Positions 8,817-19,063 of a stretch of DNA of 58,842 bases are shown here, in pieces. The stretch is from positions 1-58,842 of the forward strand of contig CAAFMG010000149.1 of assembly GCA_900763965.1 (NCBI GenBank). The letters are read 5' to 3'. Source of the stretch: an uncultured Oscillospiraceae bacterium. Lineage in GTDB: Bacteria; Bacillota; Clostridia; Oscillospirales; Oscillospiraceae. The translations under genes were made by a program, and so were the position numbers. The notes beneath the pieces were generated by a model. It was not told the origin of the DNA and did no database searches. It was given only the letters and a program-made list of their open reading frames with translations. Positions within the stretch are counted from its first letter, which is position 1. Each line of letters begins with the position of its first letter.

Positions 8817-9926
8817 ATGGCAAATATGTTTGACTATATTACCTGGCGGGGAGACCTGACCTTTGCCCAGGATCCGCCCAACGAGGTAGATGCCTTGATT
8901 TTTTCCACGCTGAGCTATATCCACTTTGGCGGGCCGGTGCAGGATCGCCCCATGTATCCGATCCTGCTGCGGGATGCGGCAGCCTATTTCTTCACCATGG
9001 ACGACCGCAGAAGCCGTGTCCGGGTGGAAAATGATATGCACCTGCTGGAGCTGGCGGCCAATGCCCCCCGCTTTCAGCAGACCAAGCTGGTGATGTACCG
9101 GGATACCCTGATCCCGGAGGAGGATACCCAGTTTGCGGCCATGACCTTCCTTCTGGATGACGGAACCGCATTCCTGGCTTTCCGGGGAACGGATATGACC
9201 CTGGTGGGCTGGAAGGAGGATTTCAATATGTCCTTCCAGGATACGGTGCCCTCCCAGCTGCTGGCGCAGCAGTATGTACATGATTTCTGCGAGCAATACG
9301 ATATGCCCATGCGGATCTGCGGCCACTCCAAGGGCGGCAATCTGGCGGTGTTTGCCGCGGCCCGCAGCAGCCCCCAGGTCCAGAAGCGGATCATCCAGGT
9401 CTATAACAACGACGGCCCAGGCTTTAACCATTACCTTATGGGCGACCCCGGCTATCTGGCCATGGTGCCCAAGATCACGACCCTGGTTCCCCAGTCCTCC
9501 ATTATCGGAATGCTGCTGGAGCATGAGGAGCCCTATACGGTGCTGAAAAGCCGCTCGGTCAGTGTCTGGCAGCACGACCCCTACACCTGGGAGGTGCTGG
9601 GGCGGCGGTTCGTGCCGATGGAGGGAACCACGGAGAATTCCCGGTTCCTGGATGCCACCATCAAGCAGTGGCTGGCCAGCATGACCAACCAGGAGCGCAG
9701 CCAGCTGGTGGATGTGCTGTTCAGCCTGCTGGGCAGCGGCGGTGTGGAGACCACGCCGGATATGTTCCACCCCAAAAACACCCTGAATTATCTGAAAACC
9801 CTCAGCGGGGACGACAATATGCGCAAGGTGCTCTCCCAGGAGTTTATGGGACTGCTCAGTGCAGCCCGAAAGGTCAAGAACCAGATGGATGCGGATCACG
9901 CCGCTCTTGAAGAAGCAAAGCAGTAA
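8817..9926 (+). CDS. DUF2974/Mbeg1-like alpha/beta hydrolase (lipase-like)
   Basis: AFRGTD..VGWKEDF, GHSKGGNLA nucleophile elbow, DGPGF, QHDPYTW. Confidence 0.9.
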   Translation: MANMFDYITWRGDLTFAQDPPNEVDALIFSTLSYIHFGGPVQDRPMYPILLRDAAAYFFTMDDRRSRVRVENDMHLLELAANAPRFQQTKLVMYRDTLIPEEDTQFAAMTFLLDDGTAFLAFRGTDMTLVGWKEDFNMSFQDTVPSQLLAQQYVHDFCEQYDMPMRICGHSKGGNLAVFAAARSSPQVQKRIIQVYNNDGPGFNHYLMGDPGYLAMVPKITTLVPQSSIIGMLLEHEEPYTVLKSRSVSVWQHDPYTWEVLGRRFVPMEGTTENSRFLDATIKQWLASMTNQERSQLVDVLFSLLGSGGVETTPDMFHPKNTLNYLKTLSGDDNMRKVLSQEFMGLLSAARKVKNQMDADHAALEEAKQ

Positions 9927-9928
9927 CA

Positions 9929-9968
9929 GAAGATGCCGCCGGGGTCCTGAGATCCACGGCGGCATCTT
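9929..9968. terminator. Terminator between convergent genes
   Basis: AAGATGCCGCCG...CGGCGGCATCTT inverted repeat. Confidence 0.65.
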
Positions 9969-9970
9969 TG

Positions 9971-11176
9971 TTACTTTTTCTTTGGTTCTTCGTCTGGGTA
10001 GTCGGCCTTGTACTGCTCCCACATCTGACCCTGGGCCTTGTGGTAGAGTCCGCGGCGAACCAGCTTTTTGATGGTGTCGTAGATCACGGCGAAGAGGGGA
10101 ACGGCAATGACCATGCCAACAACGCCCCACAGGCCGCCGAAGAAGATGATGGTGAACAGAACCCAGAAGCTGGATAGACCGGTGCGGTCCCCCAGGATGG
10201 TGGGGCCGATGATGTTGCCGTCCACCTGCTGCAATACCAGGATGAAAAGCACGAACCACAGCGCTTTCAGGGGATCTTCGATCAAAATCAGGAAGGTGCT
10301 GGGGATGGCACCGATAAAGGGGCCAAAGAAGGGGATGATGTTGGTAATGCCCACAATGGCGGAGATCAGCAGGGCATTGGGGATCCGCAGCAGCAGACAG
10401 CCGATGTAGCACAGCACACCGATAATGGCAGAATCCAGCAGTTTGCCGTCGATAAATCCGCCGAACACCCGGTCAACATAGGCAATCTCATTCAGGAACA
10501 GATCCGCCCACTTGGGTTTCAGGCAGCTGCGCACCAGAAGGACGCTCTGACGGGCGAACTTTTTCCGGCTGCCCAGCAGGTAAACGGCCACGATCAGACC
10601 GATCAGAAGGTTATACAGGAAGTTCAGAACCTTCAGAACGCTGGTACCCACGCCGCTGACCACGTTGGTGATGTTGGGAACCAGTGTGTTTTCCACCCAG
10701 GTCTTTACCTCGTTGTAGAAGAACTGGTAGATCCGGTCAATGATCTGCAGCAGCTGCTCGTCCACACCGAAGTTCTGGTTGGCCCAGATCTGAAACTGGG
10801 TGATCTTGTCAGGAAGGGAATTCCACAGGGAGAGAATGCTGGTATACAGCTGGGGGGCGATCATAATGATCAGGGTGTACACCACCAGAAGGCCGGTGAC
10901 GATGCTGAGCATCACCGCAAAACCGTTGGCAGACCGCTTCATCTTCATGGGGAACACATCGGTAAAGAAGGATTCGTAGGTATTGCACAAGGGCCGCAGC
11001 AGATAGGCAATGACACCGCCGTAGGCAAAGGGGGCCAGGATATCAACGATGGTGTTTAGCACATTGCCAACGCTTTGCAATCGGAACAACAGGAAAAACA
11101 GCACCAGGCTCATACTGATGGCAAAAAAGATTGACAAGCTCATGTAAAGATATCGCTTCTTTTTGGGATCGACCAT
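9971..11176 (-). CDS. AI-2E family transporter
   Basis: Multi-TM; GITNIIPFFGPFIG, QQVDGNIIGP and GGLWGVVGM..AVP motifs. Confidence 0.93.
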   Translation of the reverse strand: MVDPKKKRYLYMSLSIFFAISMSLVLFFLLFRLQSVGNVLNTIVDILAPFAYGGVIAYLLRPLCNTYESFFTDVFPMKMKRSANGFAVMLSIVTGLLVVYTLIIMIAPQLYTSILSLWNSLPDKITQFQIWANQNFGVDEQLLQIIDRIYQFFYNEVKTWVENTLVPNITNVVSGVGTSVLKVLNFLYNLLIGLIVAVYLLGSRKKFARQSVLLVRSCLKPKWADLFLNEIAYVDRVFGGFIDGKLLDSAIIGVLCYIGCLLLRIPNALLISAIVGITNIIPFFGPFIGAIPSTFLILIEDPLKALWFVLFILVLQQVDGNIIGPTILGDRTGLSSFWVLFTIIFFGGLWGVVGMVIAVPLFAVIYDTIKKLVRRGLYHKAQGQMWEQYKADYPDEEPKKK

Positions 11177-11339
11177 AACACCAAACCTTTCCACTCTATT
11201 TCTCTTAAAACAGTATACCAGTTGTCACCCAGGGGTGAATGAATAAAATGTGAACCTTTTGTATTTTATGTTCCATTTCTTTTGGGAAGAACCCAGGGCA
11301 AAGTTTACAATTTCCTAACAAGCTTTCTAAGGGGAGGTC

Positions 11340-11368
11340 TTGCCATTTTCTCTTGGGAAAGGTATAAT
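11340..11368 (+). promoter_or_regulatory. SigA-type promoter
   Basis: TTGCCA-N17-TATAAT. Confidence 0.65.
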
Positions 11369-11383
11369 AAAATCATCACCATA

Positions 11384-11429
11384 CCGTTGGGCGGCAGACC
11401 GGAGCCAAAAGGCGCCATGCCGCCCAAGG
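11384..11429 (+). promoter_or_regulatory. Stable 5'-leader hairpin upstream of the TIGR04255-family gene
   Basis: TTGGGCGGCA...TGCCGCCCAA 10-bp stem enclosing GGaGCC-AAAA-GGCgCC; no U-tract. Confidence 0.45.
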
Positions 11430-11452
11430 AAAATCAGGAATGGAGAAGCGCT

Positions 11453-12238
11453 ATGTTTTCGTTGGAAAAACGGTGCCGATATGGTGCCAACCCTCTGGTG
11501 GAGGTGATCTGTCAGCTGCGATTCCCGGAGATCCTTTCCATTGCCTCGGAACCCCCGGCGGAATTTCAGGACAGGATCCGTGCAGACTATCCCCAGTTGG
11601 GAAAACGCCTGGATGTACCGGCACCCAGAGTGACCGGCGGCCCGGGAGGCTATGGTCTGGAAAATCAGCCTGCCACCGTCAATTATCAGTTTTCCTCCCA
11701 GGATGGGAACTGGCGTGTCAATCTCACCAGTAAGTTTATTTCCCTGTCCTGCTCACAGTATACGGACTGGGAGACCTTTGCCGCCCATTTGGATAAGCCC
11801 CTGGCAGCGTTTATTCAAATCTATCATCCGGCTTGGTTTGAGCGGGTGGGGCTGCGGTATGTCAATGCCGTTTCCCGCAGAGAGCTTGGCTTGGAAGGGG
11901 TTCGCTTTTCTTCTTTGATCGCCCCCTGTTACCTGGGGCCGCTGGCGCACCAGGATGTCAGTGAGATGAACACCAGCCGCTGTACCGTGGATCTGGAAAC
12001 AGCCATCCGGGGCGGCTGCCGGGTAAAGCTCCACGCCGGTCCGGGATACCTGCACCGTCCGGGAAAGGACGACAAAGAGGTGCGGTTTGTGCTGGATATG
12101 GATCTGTTTATGCCGGGATCCGTCCCTGTGAATCTGTCGGCAGGGGCATTGCAGACCCTGCACAGCCAGGCGTTCTCCATTTTCCGGGGCGCCATCACCC
12201 AGGAGCTTCACGAAGCCATGAAACCAGAAAAAGGATAA
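11453..12238 (+). CDS. TIGR04255 family protein
   Basis: NPLVEVICQLRFP, YTDWETF, ERVGLRYVN and FVLDMD motifs. Confidence 0.8.
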   Translation: MFSLEKRCRYGANPLVEVICQLRFPEILSIASEPPAEFQDRIRADYPQLGKRLDVPAPRVTGGPGGYGLENQPATVNYQFSSQDGNWRVNLTSKFISLSCSQYTDWETFAAHLDKPLAAFIQIYHPAWFERVGLRYVNAVSRRELGLEGVRFSSLIAPCYLGPLAHQDVSEMNTSRCTVDLETAIRGGCRVKLHAGPGYLHRPGKDDKEVRFVLDMDLFMPGSVPVNLSAGALQTLHSQAFSIFRGAITQELHEAMKPEKG

Positions 12239-12250
12239 GGAGACGATATT

Positions 12251-12967
12251 ATGCCCTACTATTACGGAATTGATATGACCTATGTGGTACTGGTGCTGCC
12301 CTTTGTCCTGCTGTCTCTGTGGGCCAGCAGCAATGTCAACAGAACCTTCCGCAAGTATTCCAGGCAGCACTCTGTCCGCCGCCTCACCGGCGCAGAGGCC
12401 GCCCAGCGGGTGCTGATGGCCAACGGTGTCAGCGGCGTGCGGATCGAGCGGATCAGCGGCAATCTGACAGACCACTTTGACCCCAGAACCAATGTGATCC
12501 GCCTGTCGGATGATGTGTACGGCAATACCTCCACCGCAGCCATTGGCGTTGCCTGCCATGAGGCGGGCCATGCGGTGCAGTATGCCCAGGACTACGCCCC
12601 CATTAAGCTCCGGGCTGCCATTATTCCCCTGACCAACTTCGGCAGCCAGATCGCCATGCCCCTGATCCTGGCAGGCATCCTGTTTTCCTTCCTGGGAAGA
12701 TTCTCCGATGTGCTGATCTACATGGGCATTGCCGCCTTCGCCATGAGCCTGGTGTTCCAGCTGGTGACCCTGCCTGTGGAGTTCAATGCCAGCCATCGGG
12801 CTATGCAGGCCATTGCCCAGACGAACCTATTGACGGAGGAGGAACAGAAGGGTGCCAGAAAGACCCTCACCGCAGCAGCCATGACCTATGTGGCAGCCAC
12901 CGCCGTGGCCCTGACCCAGCTGCTTCGCCTGATCCTGCTCTTTGGCAACCGCCGCCGGGATGATTGA
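12251..12967 (+). CDS. Neutral zinc metallopeptidase (YugP-like, membrane)
   Basis: LTDHFDP, ACHEAGHAVQ (HExxH), TLPVEFNAS and AAAMTYV motifs. Confidence 0.93.
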   Translation: MPYYYGIDMTYVVLVLPFVLLSLWASSNVNRTFRKYSRQHSVRRLTGAEAAQRVLMANGVSGVRIERISGNLTDHFDPRTNVIRLSDDVYGNTSTAAIGVACHEAGHAVQYAQDYAPIKLRAAIIPLTNFGSQIAMPLILAGILFSFLGRFSDVLIYMGIAAFAMSLVFQLVTLPVEFNASHRAMQAIAQTNLLTEEEQKGARKTLTAAAMTYVAATAVALTQLLRLILLFGNRRRDD

Positions 12968-12977
12968 TGAAATGGTA

Positions 12978-13015
12978 AAAGATACCAGCCCAAAACTGAG
13001 TTGGTATCTTTTTTT
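12978..13015 (+). terminator. Intrinsic terminator
   Basis: AAAGATACCAGC..GTTGGTATCTTT plus T-run. Confidence 0.65.
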
Positions 13016-13115
13016 GGAAAATTCCGTGTGTCCATTCTGGGATATTGCCATTGGGTCGGGATTGTGCTATAATGTTTCCAATTTAACAAATCGAAGCGTA
13101 TAAAGGAGGTTTTTG

Positions 13116-13718
13116 ATGAAACTGTTCTTATGTTCTCACTTTTCAAGCGTTGGAAGTTTGATAAAAGAAGAATTGGAAAACAAGAAAGTTGCGTTTATCC
13201 CCACTGCCTCTCTGCGGGAAGGCTATACCGGCTATGTGGGTTCGGCACGCAAGCTTTTCAAAAAGCTGGGGGCAACCCTGACTGAGTTGGATATTTCGGT
13301 GGCGGATGATGCAACGATACAGTCTGTTTTGGAAAATGCGGATGTGATCTATTTTACCGGAGGAAATTCCTTCTTCCTCATGGATCAGCTCCGCAGAACG
13401 GGAACGGATGAACGGCTAAAAAAAGAATTGGCAAAGGGAAAGCTGATGATCGGTGAGTCTGCAGGCGCAATTATATGCGCTCCCACCATCCAGTATATTG
13501 CACGAATGGATGAAAAGCCCAAAGATTACGCCCAAGAAGACGATAAGGGTCTGCACCTGATTGACTTCTATGTTGTTCCCCATTATCTTACAGCACCGTT
13601 TAAGAAAATTACCGAGAAAATCGTGGCGGACTTTTCCGGCCTGAACCTATGCCCCATTCGCAACCATCAGGGCATTGTGATTGACGGTCAAACCGTCAAG
13701 GTGATTTGCAAAGAGTAA
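13116..13718 (+). CDS. Peptidase S51 / peptidase E-like (class I GATase fold)
   Basis: FIPTAS, YFTGGNSF, GESAGA, VPHY; own TTGCCA-N17-TATAAT promoter; AT-richer than neighbours. Confidence 0.88.
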   Translation: MKLFLCSHFSSVGSLIKEELENKKVAFIPTASLREGYTGYVGSARKLFKKLGATLTELDISVADDATIQSVLENADVIYFTGGNSFFLMDQLRRTGTDERLKKELAKGKLMIGESAGAIICAPTIQYIARMDEKPKDYAQEDDKGLHLIDFYVVPHYLTAPFKKITEKIVADFSGLNLCPIRNHQGIVIDGQTVKVICKE

Positions 13719-13771
13719 AAAACACCCTGCAAGTTTTGAGATCTTGCAGGGCGTTTTCTATGTGGTTGGAA

Positions 13772-14704
13772 CTAGTCGGCAAACAGGGCGGTGGACAGAT
13801 ACCGGTCGCCGGTGTCCGGCAGGAGGACGACGATGGTTTTGCCCTTGTTTTCGGGACGCTTGGCAAGGGCTATGGCGGCCCATACGGCTGCGCCGGAGGA
13901 GATCCCCACCAGCACGCCTTCCTCCCGGCCAATGCGCCGACCGGTGGCAAAGGCATCGTTTCCGGCAACGGGGATGACTTCGTCGTAGACCTTGGTGTTC
14001 AGCACCTGGGGGATGAAGCCTGCACCGATGCCCTGAATGGTGTGAGGGCCACCGGTTCCACGGCTCAGAACGGGGGAGTCGGCAGGCTCTACGGCTACGA
14101 TTTTCACCTGGGGATTCTGCTGTTTCAGATATTCGCCTACCCCGGTGATGGTGCCGCCGGTGCCAACACCGGCAACAAAAATATCCACCTTGCCCTCGGT
14201 ATCCTCCCAGATCTCCGGGCCGGTAGTGGCTCTGTGGGCGGCGGCGTTGGCAGGGTTCACGAACTGACCAGCCAGCCAACTGCCGGGAATTTCCCGGTTC
14301 AGGGCCTCTGCCTTGGCGATGGCTCCCTGCATTCCCTTGCTGCCTTCTGTCAGCACCACCTCGGCGCCGTAGGCCTTCATGATCTGGCGGCGCTCGATAC
14401 TCATGGTTTCCGGCATGACGATGATGGCACGGTAGCCTCTGGCGGCGGCAACGGAGGCAAGACCGATGCCGGTATTGCCGGAGGTGGGCTCAATGATCAC
14501 ACTGCCGGGATGCAGCAGCCCCTTGGCCTCGGCATCCTCGATCATGGCCTTGGCCACACGATCCTTCACGGAGCCGCCGGGATTGAAGTATTCCAGCTTT
14601 GCCAAAATGGTGGCTTCCAGTCCTTCGGCCTTTTCCAGGTGGGTCAGTTCCAGCAGAGGGGTTTTCCCAATCAGCTGGTCGGCGGATGTGTAGACGTTAC
14701 GCAT
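13772..14704 (-). CDS. cysK: Cysteine synthase A
   Basis: [15 protein letters not shown] (PLP Lys), [32 protein letters not shown]. Confidence 0.97.
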   Translation of the reverse strand: MRNVYTSADQLIGKTPLLELTHLEKAEGLEATILAKLEYFNPGGSVKDRVAKAMIEDAEAKGLLHPGSVIIEPTSGNTGIGLASVAAARGYRAIIVMPETMSIERRQIMKAYGAEVVLTEGSKGMQGAIAKAEALNREIPGSWLAGQFVNPANAAAHRATTGPEIWEDTEGKVDIFVAGVGTGGTITGVGEYLKQQNPQVKIVAVEPADSPVLSRGTGGPHTIQGIGAGFIPQVLNTKVYDEVIPVAGNDAFATGRRIGREEGVLVGISSGAAVWAAIALAKRPENKGKTIVVLLPDTGDRYLSTALFAD

Positions 14705-14766
14705 ATTGCGTTCCTCCTGTTCCTTGAAATAGTTTGGTTGGATTATAAATCCTGGGGAAATCTGTG

Positions 14767-15258
14767 TCAACCCCTGCCGGAGAATTTTACAAAACCCTCG
14801 TGTTCCAGAAGCCACTGTTTCTTCTCCAGTCCTTCTGCGTAGCCGGTAAGGCTGCCGGTGCGCCCAAGGACCCGGTGGCAGGGGATGGCAATGGAAATGG
14901 GATTGCGGCCTACCGCCTGCCCCACAGCCTGGCTGGACATACTCTGCCTGCCCATCCGCCGGGCAGCTTCCTGGGCAAGGGCTCCATAGGTGCAGGTCTG
15001 ACCATAGGGAATCTGCAGCAGAAGCTGCCAAATAAGCATCTGGAAGGGTGTCCCTTTCGGGTTCATGGGAAAGACAGGGGGGAGGGAGGATCCGGCAAAG
15101 TAGCCATCCAGCCATTGCAGGACAGGCGCAAACGCCGAAAGCTCCTTTGCAGGCTCAGAAAAGTCTTCTGTTTCCCGGAAGGTCAGCCGGGTCAGACCTT
15201 CGGCATCGGCGGTCAGGTAGATCGTCCCCAAAGGGGAGGCGTATGTGGCATATTGCAT
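14767..15258 (-). CDS. ogt: Methylated-DNA-protein-cysteine methyltransferase
   Basis: [26 protein letters not shown] and [10 protein letters not shown] motifs. Confidence 0.95.
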   Translation of the reverse strand: MQYATYASPLGTIYLTADAEGLTRLTFRETEDFSEPAKELSAFAPVLQWLDGYFAGSSLPPVFPMNPKGTPFQMLIWQLLLQIPYGQTCTYGALAQEAARRMGRQSMSSQAVGQAVGRNPISIAIPCHRVLGRTGSLTGYAEGLEKKQWLLEHEGFVKFSGRG

Positions 15259-15403
15259 GATTTCCTCGCTCCTTTTTGTGAAATTATGCTGATAAAACGG
15301 TGGTTGTGACCAAAAGAATGGGATATTTCCCATCTTGATTCACGGGAAAGAGGGAATTATAATAGGTACGCAAAATAAAGAACAACAGAAAGGGAGATCA
15401 GAT

Positions 15404-16171
15404 ATGAAGCGGATCATTGAGGGTATGGTTTACGGCGCTAAGCAGGCCCTGTATCGGCTGAGCAATGCCAAGCTGTATGACTGTGTTTTTGCCGGTGCTG
15501 CGGATGCGGAAGCGGCTTTGCAGGAAGCTCAGGATATCACCATGGAAAACTGCATTTTTTCCCGGCCCCATCCGCTTTGGAGCATTCGGAATTTCCGCAT
15601 GACCGATTCCCGGCTGACGGAAGGAGCCCAGGAGCCCCTGCTTCACGCCGAGAACGGAAAGATCTCCGATTCCGATATTGACGGATCCCAGGCGCTGCGG
15701 GAGTGCCGGAACATCACCCTGGACAACTGCGATATCCATTCGCCGGATTTTGGGTGGAACTGCCAGGACATTCGGATGGAGGACTGCGGTATTCGGGCAG
15801 ACCATCTGTTCCGGGACAGCCGGAATGTATCCCTGCGCAACGATGAAATGCGGGGAGAATGTGCCTTTCAGCACATGGAAAATCTGGAGATCCGCAACAG
15901 CTTCCTCAATGGCCGGGACGCCTTCTGGCACAGCAAGAACGTCACCGTGGTGGACAGCGTTCTGCGGGGGGAACACCTGGGCTGGTATTCGGAAAACCTG
16001 ACCCTGATCGGCTGCCGGATCATCGGCACTCAGCCCCTGCGCAACTGCACCGGACTGAAAGTGATCGAATGCACCTTAGAGGGCTTTGACGGCCTGCCGG
16101 AGCGGATCGGAACCGAAGTGCCCCAGCCGGAGTGGAACGCCGGAGAGTGCAGCATGGCCCTGGGCGGATAA
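15404..16171 (+). CDS. DUF3737 family beta-helix protein (divergent)
   Basis: Repetitive beta-helix pattern; DAFWHSKNVTVVDS, GEHLGWYSENLTLIGC.I.GTQP. Confidence 0.8.
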   Translation: MKRIIEGMVYGAKQALYRLSNAKLYDCVFAGAADAEAALQEAQDITMENCIFSRPHPLWSIRNFRMTDSRLTEGAQEPLLHAENGKISDSDIDGSQALRECRNITLDNCDIHSPDFGWNCQDIRMEDCGIRADHLFRDSRNVSLRNDEMRGECAFQHMENLEIRNSFLNGRDAFWHSKNVTVVDSVLRGEHLGWYSENLTLIGCRIIGTQPLRNCTGLKVIECTLEGFDGLPERIGTEVPQPEWNAGECSMALGG

Positions 16172-16220
16172 CAAAATACAGGCAGCGGCCGCAGCAAATC
16201 TCTGCTGCGGCCGCGCTTTT

Positions 16221-16943
16221 TTAGGATAGATCCAGTACCTGGTCATTCTCCGAGATCTGCTCCATTACGCCGTCGCAGAGGCAGTAGCCCTCTCCAAAGA
16301 GCAGCAGATGCTCCGGATCCTGATAGATGTAGCTATTGTCCGGCAGGGCAAAGAAGCAGTTGTCCTGGCTGTCGGGGTAGGTGATATCCTCAAACAGCCG
16401 CAGACCATCCAGAATGTTGTCCTTCACCTGCTGGTAGTGGGGCAGAATGTTGACTTCCGTCAGCCCCAGCCCCGGGGCAAAGCGGGGGAAGTCCGGGGAG
16501 GATTCTCCCGGCTCCTCCGGCTGAACATAGACCCATTCGGCGCAGTTCATGGAACCGGCGCTGATGCCCATGACGGTGCCCTCAAAATCCTGAAGCAGCT
16601 GGGGCAGGTGGATCTTTTGGAAAAAGGCGTTCTGGGTGGGAACATGGCCGCCGGACAGAATGACAAAATCGCTGCGGTTCAGAAGCGCCTGGGTGCTGCG
16701 GCTGTTGCGCCCATCCAGCACATGATAGCAGGAAAAGGCGATACCGGCTTCGGCAAAGGCGGCAGTGGTTTCCGCGGCAAAGCGGCAGACCCCTTGATGA
16801 TCCTCGGGATCGGCGCAGACGAACAGCACCCTGGGATTCTCCGGCAGGGCCTGACGGATGTTGTCGATAAATGCATTGGCCGGGCTCAGAATGGCCCTGG
16901 GGGCATTTTCCACAAAGGGGCTGCTGGTGATAAAAAGGGTCAT
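16221..16943 (-). CDS. Peptidase S51-like / class I GATase-like protein
   Basis: LSGGHVPTQN, GISAGSMN, GLGL..VNILPHYQ. Confidence 0.85.
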   Translation of the reverse strand: MTLFITSSPFVENAPRAILSPANAFIDNIRQALPENPRVLFVCADPEDHQGVCRFAAETTAAFAEAGIAFSCYHVLDGRNSRSTQALLNRSDFVILSGGHVPTQNAFFQKIHLPQLLQDFEGTVMGISAGSMNCAEWVYVQPEEPGESSPDFPRFAPGLGLTEVNILPHYQQVKDNILDGLRLFEDITYPDSQDNCFFALPDNSYIYQDPEHLLLFGEGYCLCDGVMEQISENDQVLDLS

Positions 16944-16952
16944 AATTCCTCC

Positions 16953-17924
16953 TTATTCTGGGATTTTGGTGTCGGGAAAATACTCCTGCACAAAATCCAC
17001 ATGATCCACATGGAAGCTTTTCCCGTTGAGATAGGCAAGGCTTCCGGCATCGGTGGTGAAGGTGAAGGTCAGCTTATAGGAATACAGAGCCTGGTAGTTA
17101 CGGTCATATTTTTTATCCAGCTTGCCGTATTTGCCGTCTCCCAGCAGGGGGTGACCGGCGTGGGCGAACTGGGCCCGGATCTGATGGGTGCGGCCGGTGA
17201 TCAGCTCGCATTCCACCAGGGAAAGACCGCTTCGGGAGGCCAGGACACGGTAGTTGGTCTGGCAGGTCTTTGCCCCGGGCTGGGGCTTGTCGGTGACGAA
17301 CACCCGGTTCTTCTGGGCATCCTTGAACAGGTAGCCCTTGAGACTGCCCTGGCTGGGCTTGGGGGTTCCTTCCACAATGGCCAGATACCGCTTGTCCAGT
17401 TCCCGATCCTTGATCTTCTGGTTCATCACCCGCAGAGCCTCGGCGGTTTTGGCGGCGAGGACAATGCCCCCGGTGTTCCGGTCAATCCGGTTGCACAGGG
17501 CAGGGGTGAAGGCGTTTTCCTCCCGGGGTCGCCATTCCCGCTTCTGATAGAGATAGGACTGGATATGGTCGATGAGGGTGCGGCCGTATTCCGCACCGTC
17601 ATGGGGATGGACAGCCAGACCGGGGCGCTTGTCCACCAGCAGAATGTGTTCATCCTCGTAGACAATGTTCAGCTTGGGCGCTGCCACTGTCAGGTAGGCG
17701 TTGTCCTGACTGGGCTTGTCGAAAAATTCGTCGTTGATGTACAGCTGCAATACGTCTCCCACATTCAGCCGGGTATCCCGCTCAATGCGTTTTCCGTTGC
17801 ACTTGATCCGCTTCAGGCGGATGTATTTTTGGGCCAGAGAGGCGGGCAGAAGGGGAACGGCCTTGGAAAGAAACCGATCCAGCCGCTGCCCGGCATCGTT
17901 GGAGCCGATGGTAAATTCTTTCAT
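16953..17924 (-). CDS. RluA/RluC-family pseudouridine synthase with S4 domain
   Basis: GQRLDRFL (S4), NRIDRNTGG (catalytic Asp), TGRTHQIR, GDGKYG. Confidence 0.95.
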   Translation of the reverse strand: MKEFTIGSNDAGQRLDRFLSKAVPLLPASLAQKYIRLKRIKCNGKRIERDTRLNVGDVLQLYINDEFFDKPSQDNAYLTVAAPKLNIVYEDEHILLVDKRPGLAVHPHDGAEYGRTLIDHIQSYLYQKREWRPREENAFTPALCNRIDRNTGGIVLAAKTAEALRVMNQKIKDRELDKRYLAIVEGTPKPSQGSLKGYLFKDAQKNRVFVTDKPQPGAKTCQTNYRVLASRSGLSLVECELITGRTHQIRAQFAHAGHPLLGDGKYGKLDKKYDRNYQALYSYKLTFTFTTDAGSLAYLNGKSFHVDHVDFVQEYFPDTKIPE

Positions 17925-17935
17925 GTGTATACCTG

Positions 17936-18874
17936 CTATTTTGGTGTATTGGCGTCAAAGTGGCGGTTGACCTTGTCGGTGAATTCCTGGGCGGAGTTGT
18001 AGCCCATTTTCCGCTGACGGTTGTTCATAGCGGCAACCTCCAGAATCATGGCCAGGTTTCTGCCGGGGGTGATGGGAATGGTGTTCATGGGGATCTTGAC
18101 GCCCAGGATCTCCATGTACTGCTCGTTCAGTCCCAGCCGGTCGCAGACCTCCTGATTTTTCCAGGGGACGATGTTGACCACCAGGTTGATCTCATTTTCC
18201 TGACGGATGGCACCCATACCGAAGAGCTTGGCAACATTGATGATGCCGATGCCCCGCAGCTCGATGTAGTTGCGGATCAGCTCCGGGGCGGTGCCCATGA
18301 GCACGGAGTTGTCGATTTTCCGGATCTCCACGGCATCGTCGGCAATGAGTCGGTGTCCGCGCTTGAGAAGCTCGGCGGCGGCTTCACTTTTGCCAATGCC
18401 GCTGTCACCGATCAGAAGAAGTCCCTCGCCGTAGACCTCCACCAGAACCCCATGCCGGGTGATCCGGGGTGCCAGGGCACCTTTCAGGTAGGTGATGATG
18501 CCGGACACCAGGTTGCTGGTGGGTTCCGGAGAGCGGAGAATGGTAATATTATGTTTTTTCGCCATGGACAGGCACAGTTCATCCGGCTCGATGCCCCGGG
18601 CAATGAGCAGGGCGGGGAGCTTGTAGGAAAACAGCCGGTCAAAAACCATGGCCCGATCCTGTGGGGGCAGCTTTGCCATATAGCTCATTTCCATATTGCC
18701 CATGACTTGCAGACGCATGGGCTCATAGTGGTCAAAATATCCGGCCAGCTGCAAACCAGGCCGGGCCACATCCTCCACCGTCAGGCGGACGGATTGATAG
18801 TCCGTAGAGGCGTAGGCCACTTCCAGATTCATAGCTTCCACGACGGTATGTAAAGGAACGCTGTAGGTATCCAT
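17936..18874 (-). CDS. hprK: HPr(Ser) kinase/phosphatase
   Basis: RPGLQLAG, HGVLVEVYGEG, GDSGIGKSE, LIADD and PGRNLA motifs. Confidence 0.97.
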   Translation of the reverse strand: MDTYSVPLHTVVEAMNLEVAYASTDYQSVRLTVEDVARPGLQLAGYFDHYEPMRLQVMGNMEMSYMAKLPPQDRAMVFDRLFSYKLPALLIARGIEPDELCLSMAKKHNITILRSPEPTSNLVSGIITYLKGALAPRITRHGVLVEVYGEGLLLIGDSGIGKSEAAAELLKRGHRLIADDAVEIRKIDNSVLMGTAPELIRNYIELRGIGIINVAKLFGMGAIRQENEINLVVNIVPWKNQEVCDRLGLNEQYMEILGVKIPMNTIPITPGRNLAMILEVAAMNNRQRKMGYNSAQEFTDKVNRHFDANTPK

Positions 18875-18974
18875 CTTTTGCACTCCGTTCTTCGGCAAAT
18901 TATGGATTTATTATACCCGGGAAAGGGTAGAATATCAATACTTTATCAAAAAACAAAAAAATTTAAAAAAGGGC

Positions 18975-19003
18975 TTGCTTTTTTCTCGAAAGTCTGCTAT
19001 TAT
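18975..19003 (+). promoter_or_regulatory. Promoter of rpmB
   Basis: A-rich UP element, TTGCTT-N17-TATTAT. Confidence 0.55.
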
Positions 19004-19063
19004 ATCAAAGTTCCTGTGAAGGAAAAAACGACTGAGTAATCAAAAGATGGGAGGTGCAATGAA

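Noticed and set aside
11304..11320. PhoP-like direct repeat TTTACA-N5-CTAACA
   Set aside because: Only two imperfect hexamers in AT-rich DNA; not distinguishable from chance.
14705..15115. Apparent 136-aa N-terminal extension of CysK
   Set aside because: It overlaps ogt in another frame; the real start at 14704 has a GGAGG RBS.
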